Shown: in pieces, positions 28,950 to 35,473 of the stretch
Position numbering within the stretch: the first letter of the stretch is position 1
Layout: the number at the start of each line of letters is the position of its first letter
DNA from: a virus
Taxonomy: Duplodnaviria > Caudoviricetes
Virus record (IMG/VR): IMGVR_UViG_3300046787_000508
Location: 128,001 to 192,000 of that record
Reading direction: 5' to 3' (one strand)
DNA length: 64,000 nucleotides
The notes under the pieces: generated by a model
What the model was told of the DNA's origin: nothing
Database searches by the model: none
The model's input: the letters and a program-made list of their open reading frames with translations, nothing else
Program-made: the position numbers and the translations under genes

Positions 28950-29021
28950 GCTGCGGTAGTGAAGAGGTTAACACGTATCACTTTCTATGATAAGGCCGGG
29001 GTTCGATTCCCCGTCGCAGTA
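28950..29021 (+). tRNA. tRNA with UUC anticodon (Glu), atypical U37
   Basis: tatca-ctTTCta-tgata; intact acceptor and T arms. Confidence 0.6.
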
Positions 29022-29025
29022 CAAA

Positions 29026-29098
29026 ATACAAATTAGGCTAAGGTAGCCAAATGGTCTCCAAAACCATAGGAGAAAGTTCGATTCTTTCAATTTGTGCA
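29026..29098 (+). tRNA. trnW: tRNA-Trp(CCA), weak first acceptor pair
   Basis: atggt-ctCCAaa-accat; T loop ttcgatt. Confidence 0.7.
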
Positions 29099-29152
29099 AA
29101 ATATAAATTATGAAAAAGAAATTTGATATGCATTAGGTTAAATTCCTAATAT

Positions 29153-29374
29153 ATGAAACCGTTCAAAAACAAAGTAAGTCAAACGACAACTCACAACAAA
29201 GAGTATAAAATAGTAACAAACGATAAATTCGACCCATATTGGGATGAAGGATATAATTTTTATCCGAGATATCGTAGAGGGTATAAGAACCCAAATAAAT
29301 GTATAATGAGTTTTCAAATTAGAATGTATCGAACTTGGAAACATAATAGAAAAACACAATGGAGAATAATGTAG
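29153..29374 (+). CDS. Small basic hypothetical protein
   Basis: 73 aa, ends RTWKHNRKTQWR. Confidence 0.6.
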   Translation: MKPFKNKVSQTTTHNKEYKIVTNDKFDPYWDEGYNFYPRYRRGYKNPNKCIMSFQIRMYRTWKHNRKTQWRIM

Positions 29375-29781
29375 AGGGATTTAAGTTAAAGGCCGAAGCT
29401 CAACTTATCCAAATCAGAGAGGAAAGAAAAAAGAGGGTAAAGGAGTATTGGGAAAATCTCCCCAAGATTGTTACTCCAAACGATGTCCCTGAATTACCAA
29501 GAGTAGATATTCAGGAATGGAAAGATTTCTACGTCCCAAAATTAATTGAGGCGGGAGCAATTGGTAAGGACGATTTGATTGAAGGTCAAATTTACATTGG
29601 TGAACATAGAAGAGCGAATGTTGCTAAATGGAACGGAAATGAATTCATTTACAATAGAGAGAAATTTGGAAACGTTTATGAAGATAAATGTAACCACTTT
29701 GAAGATGATGATGGGTTCGCTTTATTTGTTCCAATTAGATTTGGTACTGAGGAAGAATATAAGCAAAATTGTTTACAATAA
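29359..29781 (+). CDS. Hypothetical protein
   Basis: 140-aa ORF within the tRNA cluster. Confidence 0.7.
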   Translation: MENNVEGFKLKAEAQLIQIREERKKRVKEYWENLPKIVTPNDVPELPRVDIQEWKDFYVPKLIEAGAIGKDDLIEGQIYIGEHRRANVAKWNGNEFIYNREKFGNVYEDKCNHFEDDDGFALFVPIRFGTEEEYKQNCLQ

Positions 29782-29789
29782 ACAATAAA

Positions 29790-29863
29790 GGGTCTCTTGG
29801 TGTAACGGATAACACGGAACACTACGAATGTTTTGTTAAAGGTTCGAATCCTTTAGAGACCTC
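29790..29863 (+). tRNA. trnR: tRNA-Arg(ACG)
   Basis: gaaca-ctACGaa-tgttt. Confidence 0.88.
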
Positions 29864-29869
29864 AAATAA

Positions 29870-29941
29870 GTCAGGTTGACCGAGTTGGTAAGGTGAAGGT
29901 CTGCAAAACCTTTTACGTTGGTTCGAATCCAACACTTGACT
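29870..29941 (+). tRNA. trnC: tRNA-Cys(GCA)
   Basis: aaggt-ctGCAaa-acctt; U73. Confidence 0.9.
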
Positions 29942-29950
29942 CTAATATAT

Positions 29951-30024
29951 GGTGATTGTAGCTGAAATGGTAAAGCACCTGATTGTGGTTCAGGCGATTG
30001 TGGGTTCGATTCCCACCTTTCACA
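29951..30024 (+). tRNA. trnH: tRNA-His(GUG)
   Basis: cctga-ttGTGgt-tcagg; G-1 present. Confidence 0.85.
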
Positions 30025-30031
30025 CAAAAAT

Positions 30032-30115
30032 TGCGGGATGTCAGAAGATGGTATCTGGGGAGTCTCATAAGCTCTTGCGTAAGCCTCGTGGGTTCGAGTC
30101 CCACTCCCGCAACCA
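30032..30115 (+). tRNA. tRNA-CAU (probable elongator Met) with 12-nt variable arm
   Basis: ggagt-ctCATaa-gctct; encoded CCA end. Confidence 0.75.
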
Positions 30116-30150
30116 TTTACAATGATATTTATATTCGGTAAATTATTACT

Positions 30151-30969
30151 ATGGAGTATAAATGTCAATATTGTAATGAAATGTTTGTTTTTGAAAAAAA
30201 ACAACAAGCGGGAGCTCACGTAACTAACTGTTCTATGAATCCCAAAAAAAAATTAATGACCGAGAAAAGGTTATTAAGTAAGGACCAAGTAAAAATAGAT
30301 AGAGTATTAAATTGTGAAAGATGTAATCAGGAATATACAATTAATATAACCAACCATCTATTCTCAATTGGTGATTATAAAAAACATTGTTCAAGAAAAT
30401 GTGCAAACAGTAGAACACAAAAAGAAGAAACAAAAAATAAAATATCGGAATCGGTTAAAATGTGGTTTGAAAAACCTGAAGTTAAAATAAAATTATTAAA
30501 AGATAAATCAAAATATAGAAGAAATAGAAAATGTCCATCTTGTAATGATGATTTTTTAACATTAAAATCGTCAAAACAAAAATATTGTTCATTGAAATGT
30601 GCAGGTTCCGCCGGAGGTAAAAACTCTAAACAGGGGAAAAGGAGTTTAAATGAAATTATGTTTTTTGAATTATGTAGTGAACATTTTGAAGGTGTAATGT
30701 CAAACGAAAACGCGTTTAATGGTTGGGACGCTGATGTTATTCTACCAAATGAAAAAATTGCAGTTTTATGGAATGGAATTTGGCACTATAAAAAAATAAT
30801 GAAAAAACATTCATTAACCCAAGTTCAAAATAGGGATATGATTAAAATAAAGGAAATAAAAAAATTAGGGTTTAAACCATATATAATAAAAGATATGGGT
30901 TCACATAATCCAGAGTTTGTGAATGAACAATTTATTATTTTTAAAAAATATTTAGAAAATATTTTGTAA
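30151..30969 (+). CDS. Zn-finger plus Vsr/EDxHD-like endonuclease (putative free-standing homing endonuclease)
   Basis: Several CxxC and CSxxC motifs; DADVILPNEKIAVLWNGIWHY...NRDMIK nuclease-like C-terminus. Confidence 0.7.
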   Translation: MEYKCQYCNEMFVFEKKQQAGAHVTNCSMNPKKKLMTEKRLLSKDQVKIDRVLNCERCNQEYTINITNHLFSIGDYKKHCSRKCANSRTQKEETKNKISESVKMWFEKPEVKIKLLKDKSKYRRNRKCPSCNDDFLTLKSSKQKYCSLKCAGSAGGKNSKQGKRSLNEIMFFELCSEHFEGVMSNENAFNGWDADVILPNEKIAVLWNGIWHYKKIMKKHSLTQVQNRDMIKIKEIKKLGFKPYIIKDMGSHNPEFVNEQFIIFKKYLENIL

Positions 30970-31018
30970 ATTAAAAAATAAATATTACATTTGTACAAGA
31001 ATTAAATGTTCATTGAAA
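30963..31018 (+). promoter_or_regulatory. Internal Bacteroidota-type promoter plus boxA-like site
   Basis: TTTG (30963) - N19 - TACATTTG (30986), then TGTTCATTGAAA. Confidence 0.65.
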
Positions 31019-31024
31019 ATATAT

Positions 31025-31096
31025 CGCAGGGTAGAGCAGTGGTAGCTCGGGAGGCTCATAACCTCTAGGTCGTCAGTTCGAATCTGGCCCCTGCAA
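31025..31096 (+). tRNA. trnfM: Initiator tRNA-fMet(CAU)
   Basis: C1:A72 mismatch; ggagg-ctCATaa-cctct. Confidence 0.88.
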
Positions 31097-31145
31097 CAAA
31101 ACATAAGATTAATTACCTTATGTATGGAAGGTTCGAAACTTCCGA

Positions 31146-31259
31146 TTGATTATGGTGTAAAGGTGCACGGCAGAACGGAGTAGGAATACGAAAAGCATTG
31201 AGCTTTCGTCGGTTCCGAAAGGGGAAACAGGATTATGGTTCGAATCCATTTTAGTCAAC
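31146..31259 (+). ncRNA. tRNA-like RNA with an expanded branched domain in place of the anticodon arm
   Basis: Acceptor ttgatta/tagtcaa, D arm and T loop ttcgaat; ~65-nt insert. Confidence 0.6.
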
Positions 31260-31260
31260 T

Positions 31261-31388
31261 ATTGTAATTGACATAACGTCCTTAGCGGGAGAGCTTAGTA
31301 TATTACGGATAATCCTTCGGTAATTTACGATATGGTAACGTAGAAACAAGAGTAAGAGGATTTGAGTTCTACCTATGTTAGTTACAAT
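31261..31388 (+). ncRNA. Candidate structured RNA
   Basis: 15-bp closing stem 31261-31275/31374-31388. Confidence 0.5.
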
Positions 31389-31392
31389 TTTT

Positions 31393-31465
31393 GGGATTGA
31401 GGTCAAACGGTTAAGATGTCGCCCTGTCACGGCGCACGGAGCGGGTTCAACTCCCGTCAGTCCCG
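31393..31465 (+). tRNA. trnD: tRNA-Asp(GUC)
   Basis: cgcc-ctGTCac-ggcg. Confidence 0.9.
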
Positions 31466-31673
31466 CAAATGAGTAAGAGATACTCAATGATTTGGCATCG
31501 TTCGAAATAATGATGTAGTTGTTTCCTTCCACGATTTTATAGAGGGGGTCTCGGAATATGGTCGTAACAAAACTACCGAGTATGTTTGACGTTTTAAGCG
31601 GTAAGACGCGATGGGTTTTTCAATACGAAAAACTGTGAATATCTACCTCGAAATAATCTCATCGGGGACAATT

Positions 31674-31759
31674 GGAAGGATGGCAGAGTTGGTCGATTGT
31701 ACCTGACTTGAAATCAGGCGTACTGCAAGGTACCGTGGGTTCGAATCCTACTCCTTCCG
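31674..31759 (+). tRNA. trnS: tRNA-Ser(UGA)
   Basis: cctga-ctTGAaa-tcagg; long variable arm; G73. Confidence 0.92.
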
Positions 31760-32033
31760 CAATTCGACGACATTTAGGGTGATTTAGTATCTAGATTACT
31801 CTTTGTAACGATTACGGAAGTACACATTTATTTGTGTTAAACGTTAAGTTCGACAGGTAGAAACTAAGTGGTTCGGAATTTGACTGAAACAAGGTGACTT
31901 GGTCTTTGAAGTATTCAAACGATTTATCGTTGTAGGTACTGAATAACAAGAAGATAAACTAAGAACATCATCGTATGAAGTTTACCTAGAGAAATTTATA
32001 AAACGATGACTGCTCGGAAAGACGGGCTCATTT

Positions 32034-32145
32034 AATTAGGTGGCGGAATTGGTAAACGTAGAGATGTTGAAGTTTAGGTATCACTATGATTAAGTTCAGA
32101 AACTTGACCTAATGCTCTAAACAGGTTCGAATCCTGTCCTGATTA
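32034..32145 (+). ncRNA. tRNA-like RNA with expanded branched anticodon domain
   Basis: Acceptor aattagg/cctgatt; Leu-like D arm; T arm acagg-ttcgaat-cctgt. Confidence 0.6.
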
Positions 32146-32335
32146 CAGGTCGTCTTTTTATATTGCTCCCGTTTGTGAGTTAACTTTATAGACGTAAAAC
32201 TTAAAGTAATGAAAATCATTCCCTTCTGGAGTTGACGGTAAAACTATCCAGTCCTGTTCCTTACCGAAGGAGTTTCCGGACGTTAATATGAAACTCAAAC
32301 GACAGTGAAAAGTAGGGACTTATAAGTTTTACCTG
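32146..32335 (+). ncRNA. Candidate pseudoknotted RNA
   Basis: Crossing long-range helices 32171-81/32292-300 and 32194-203/32323-32. Confidence 0.5.
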
Positions 32336-32350
32336 AACTTGTCCCGAATT

Positions 32351-32422
32351 GGCCCGTTCGACTATCGGTTAGGTCGTCAGGTTTTCATCCTGGAAAGAGG
32401 GGTTCGACTCCCCTACGGGCTA
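32351..32422 (+). tRNA. trnE: tRNA-Glu(UUC)
   Basis: tcagg-ttTTCat-cctgg. Confidence 0.92.
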
Positions 32423-32436
32423 CTAAATTTAATGAA

Positions 32437-32628
32437 ATGAAAAAGTTAATTTTATTATTGGTTGTGATGTTTAGTATGAGTGGTTGTTATACCACATATA
32501 GAACGCCACAAAGACACAATGGACTTAGACCTTTATGGTATAATCCAAGAACTCATCAAGGACCGTTTTATAATCATCCAAGACCAAGAAACATGAGACC
32601 ACATTTCAATCCAAGAAATCGTTGGTAA
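32437..32628 (+). CDS. Small Arg/Pro-rich lipoprotein
   Basis: MKKLILLLVVMFSMSGC lipobox. Confidence 0.7.
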   Translation: MKKLILLLVVMFSMSGCYTTYRTPQRHNGLRPLWYNPRTHQGPFYNHPRPRNMRPHFNPRNRW

Positions 32629-32669
32629 CATTTGACTTTTTAATATTTTATTAGTATATTTATATTATT

Positions 32670-32999
32670 ATGAAACAACATTAGACACATAGACTTATAA
32701 CCGTAACGAGAAAAGATATTTCTCCGGGTTATCAAATTGCACAATCGGGGCATGCAATTGCACAATTCTTTTTAGACCATCCCGATTTATCTAAAAAATG
32801 GAACAACAACTATCTTATTTCGTTGTCCATAGATTCCGAACAAAAATTACATAAACTTTTTACCGACTTAATTGAGTGTGGAATATCCGTATCCGTGTTT
32901 AACGAACCAGATATTGATAATCAACTAACGTCACTGTGCTTCCTCGAAACGGGAGATACAAAAAAATACACACATAAACTTAAATTATCTTTAAATTAA
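32670..32999 (+). CDS. Peptidyl-tRNA hydrolase 2 (Pth2)-like protein with in-frame TAG at codon 5
   Basis: ATG AAA CAA CAT TAG ACA CAT AGA CTT ATA...; translation MKQH*THRLITVTRKDISPGYQIAQSGHAIAQF...FNEPDIDNQLTSLCF; missed by the ORF track. Confidence 0.75.
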
Positions 33000-33108
33000 G
33001 AAACCATGAAATAGATACGACCACCGAACTAAACTTAATAAAGTAAAAAATGCTCGATAAAGGCATCAACTTTATCATTAAACAATAACTTTATTAAATT
33101 TAAACAAA

Positions 33109-33447
33109 ATGAAAAAATACACAAATAACCCAACACAAATGATTAAATGTACATTCTCTAACTCAGTTCATAAAATATTAGAACCTAATATCGATATTAA
33201 AAATCGTGAAAGATGGAGAAAAGAAAATCGTGACAAATACAATTTCACTGATGAACAAAAAATAGAAATGTTCGATAAGATAATGAAAATACATAAAGAA
33301 ACATCTAATGAATTAACATCTTATCAATTTGATAGGAGAGACAAAAAAAGGTTACACGCTGACCGTGTCGCTCGAGGTTATAAATTTAAAACAAAAACCA
33401 AAAAGGAAGAATATGAAAAAAATATTCAGAAAGATTTGGTATTATAA
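33109..33447 (+). CDS. Hypothetical basic protein
   Basis: 112-aa ORF. Confidence 0.6.
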   Translation: MKKYTNNPTQMIKCTFSNSVHKILEPNIDIKNRERWRKENRDKYNFTDEQKIEMFDKIMKIHKETSNELTSYQFDRRDKKRLHADRVARGYKFKTKTKKEEYEKNIQKDLVL

Positions 33448-33466
33448 AAAATAAACAATACATTTG
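33435..33466 (+). promoter_or_regulatory. Bacteroidota-type promoter upstream of the suppressor tRNA
   Basis: TTTG (33435) - N20 - TACATTTG (33459). Confidence 0.7.
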
Positions 33467-33575
33467 TATTATAATTTACAACCAAAGAGACATTGACTTA
33501 GTAACCCAGTGGAGGCACACATAAACTGTATTAGTGAAAAGTTGAGGTGATAGACCACCATGTTGTAAATTATTT

Positions 33576-33647
33576 GTCCTGTTAGTGTAGTGGTAGCACG
33601 AAGGTCTCTAAAACCTTTAAGGGTCGGTTCGAGTCCGACACGGGGCA
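33576..33647 (+). tRNA. Amber suppressor tRNA(CUA)
   Basis: Acceptor gtcctgt/acggggc; aaggt-ctCTAaa-acctt; T arm gtcgg-ttcgagt-ccgac. Confidence 0.88.
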
Positions 33648-33671
33648 CAAAAATAAAAAAAATAAAAAATA

Positions 33672-33703
33672 TTTGTTTACTATTGATATTTTTTGTAAAT
33701 TTG
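33672..33703 (+). promoter_or_regulatory. Bacteroidota-type promoter for tRNA cluster 2 leader
   Basis: TTTG (33672) - N20 - TAAATTTG (33696). Confidence 0.7.
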
Positions 33704-33720
33704 CATATACTTATTAAACG

Positions 33721-33828
33721 ATGAAGAATATAAATAACATATTGACGAGTACGAGACCCCTTAACAATGGTAATGGGTATGGTGTGCAACCGTTAAGTTA
33801 CTTATGTTCGGATATTATTGAGATGTAA
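33721..33828 (+). CDS. Putative attenuator leader peptide 2 (35 aa)
   Basis: MKNINNILTSTRPLNNGNGYGVQPLSYLCSDIIEM; codons 3-28 all read by cluster-2 tRNAs. Confidence 0.78.
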   Translation: MKNINNILTSTRPLNNGNGYGVQPLSYLCSDIIEM

Positions 33829-33850
33829 ATAAATTTTACAATTATAAATC

Positions 33851-33890
33851 AACCCGAACAAATTAAAAAAATGTTCGGGTTTTTTGTTTT
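33851..33890 (+). terminator. Attenuator terminator before tRNA cluster 2
   Basis: aacccgaaca-loop-tgttcgggtt plus T tract. Confidence 0.85.
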
Positions 33891-33933
33891 AATTAAATTT
33901 TATTATTACATTTGTAACGTAGTTCATTGACAT
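33883..33933 (+). promoter_or_regulatory. Promoter-like site overlapping the terminator plus boxA-like site
   Basis: TTTG (33883) - N20 - TACATTTG (33907); AGTTCATTGACA at 33921. Confidence 0.55.
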
Positions 33934-33947
33934 TCTGAGAAAGTAAC

Positions 33948-34032
33948 GCCCGGGTGGTGTAATGGTAGCCACGAGGGACTTAAAATCCCTTGGACAGAAA
34001 CGTTCGTGCCGGTTCGAGTCCGGCCCCGGGTA
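33948..34032 (+). tRNA. trnL: tRNA-Leu(UAA)
   Basis: aggga-ctTAAaa-tccct; long variable arm. Confidence 0.92.
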
Positions 34033-34080
34033 CGAAGCTTAGTTCACACTATACTCGCGAAGAGGAGGAAGTGTATTTTT

Positions 34081-34154
34081 GGTTCCATAGCTCAATTGGA
34101 TAGAGCAACACACTTCTAATGTGTAGGTTTCAGGTTCGACTCCTGATGGAATCA
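34081..34154 (+). tRNA. trnR: tRNA-Arg(UCU)
   Basis: acaca-ctTCTaa-tgtgt. Confidence 0.92.
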
Positions 34155-34212
34155 CACCGGTGGTAGTTTTGAGGTTGACGAATTCTACATAAAAAAAATA
34201 ATTCATCCACTA

Positions 34213-34285
34213 CTAGGTGTGGGAAAGTTGGTAATCCGCGTGGTTTGGGACCACGAGACCGTAGGTTCGAGCCCTACCACTTAGA
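34213..34285 (+). tRNA. trnP: tRNA-Pro(UGG)
   Basis: cgtgg-ttTGGga-ccacg. Confidence 0.92.
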
Positions 34286-34363
34286 CGAGATGGTGATAAC
34301 CAATCAGCAGCCAAAATGTATACAGAAATGCTGGAGGTGACAAACGGGGAGAGACCCGTACAT

Positions 34364-34443
34364 ACCCGAGTGGTGGAATGGTATACACAGCGGTCTTAGA
34401 AACCGTGTCGAAAGGCGTGTCGGTTCGAGTCCGACCTTGGGTA
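34364..34443 (+). tRNA. trnL: tRNA-Leu(UAG)
   Basis: gcggt-ctTAGaa-accgt; variable arm. Confidence 0.92.
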
Positions 34444-34451
34444 CGAAAATT

Positions 34452-34523
34452 GGCCTTGTAGCTCAGTGGTAGAGCAGTTGACTGTTAATCAACTGGTCGT
34501 TGGTTCGAATCCAACCGGGGCCT
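34452..34523 (+). tRNA. trnN: tRNA-Asn(GUU)
   Basis: gttga-ctGTTaa-tcaac. Confidence 0.92.
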
Positions 34524-34594
34524 CAAAAAGTTTAACCATATAAGGTTGAATAAGATGACAGACGAAAGTTATCTCTTGAGGGTAAAATGAAAAG

Positions 34595-34655
34595 ATTGGT
34601 AGAGTGGTACTACGGGGTGACGGCCCAAACGCAGGTTCGATTCCTGTATCGAAGT
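34595..34655 (+). pseudogene. Degenerate tRNA-like remnant
   Basis: D-like tggtagagtggta and T arm gcagg-ttcgatt-cctgt, but no 7-nt anticodon loop. Confidence 0.4.
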
Positions 34656-34717
34656 AATTTGAGAGTAAAGGTAAAAGGTATTAATAGCGGTCTAAAAACT
34701 GGGTTAAACTTTGATAT

Positions 34718-34799
34718 GGGAGCATCGCATAGCGGCAATTGCAGAAGACTGTAAATCTTCCCTCTTTCGAGTTCGTAGGTTCGAGTCCTACTGCTCCCA
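34718..34799 (+). tRNA. trnY: tRNA-Tyr(GUA)
   Basis: gaaga-ctGTAaa-tcttc; variable arm. Confidence 0.92.
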
Positions 34800-34813
34800 C
34801 AAAAAAACAAATT

Positions 34814-35467
34814 ATGGCAACATTAGAAACACAGTACAAGGATTTTTTGGTTAAAAACCCAAGTTCAACGTTTACATTTGAAGAATGGAAAAACGACCAC
34901 GGGGTTAAGATTGCAAATGCAGTTGAACGTTCTTCCTCACTTAAGAAAATTATTGATGAGATTAGAACACCCGAATACAAGGAAAGGAGATTAAAAGAAA
35001 AAAAAGAAAGTAAAGAAAGATTAACCGCCGAGTATCAGTTTGGATATTATGTTGGTGAAGAAATTGTGACAAGGCATTTACCAACGATTACAACAGATAT
35101 GATAAAGTCTCGTAATCAAATTAAAGTTTCGGATGAAGACACTGAAGAAAACAAACGTATACATGACCTATGGTGGGAGAGTGGAAAATATGGTTCCAAT
35201 CCTGACGATGTGGTTAATAAAGAAACTTGGAAATTATATCGACAACATATGGTTATGTTGGAAAAGAAGTATCTCCCAAATCCTTTAAAATGTAATATTG
35301 ATTTATTAAATATTCGTGACGAGAAAGATTTTAAAGATGGGTTAATCCATTCGTTGTGGAATTGTGATATGTGTACTTACAGTTTAAAACCTGAAGACAT
35401 TAAGATATACGATGATGAAGATATGTGGTTTACCATCATTGAATTTATCCTAAGAGACGAAGAATAA
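34814..35467 (+). CDS. Hypothetical protein
   Basis: Start moved to MATLETQ (34814) because the ORF-track start lies inside tRNA-Tyr. Confidence 0.75.
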   Translation: MATLETQYKDFLVKNPSSTFTFEEWKNDHGVKIANAVERSSSLKKIIDEIRTPEYKERRLKEKKESKERLTAEYQFGYYVGEEIVTRHLPTITTDMIKSRNQIKVSDEDTEENKRIHDLWWESGKYGSNPDDVVNKETWKLYRQHMVMLEKKYLPNPLKCNIDLLNIRDEKDFKDGLIHSLWNCDMCTYSLKPEDIKIYDDEDMWFTIIEFILRDEE

Positions 35468-35473
35468 TAGTTT

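Noticed and set aside
28950-29021. Second amber suppressor (CTA in loop ctttcta)
   Set aside because: Stem geometry puts TTC, not CTA, at positions 34-36
32075-32092. CTA triloop in the 32034 tRNA-like RNA as a suppressor anticodon
   Set aside because: A 3-nt loop in a side hairpin, not a 7-nt anticodon loop
31760-32335. Group I/II intron or RNase P RNA
   Set aside because: I could not find the group I P7 core, a group II domain V, or the RNase P GAGGAAAGUCC motif
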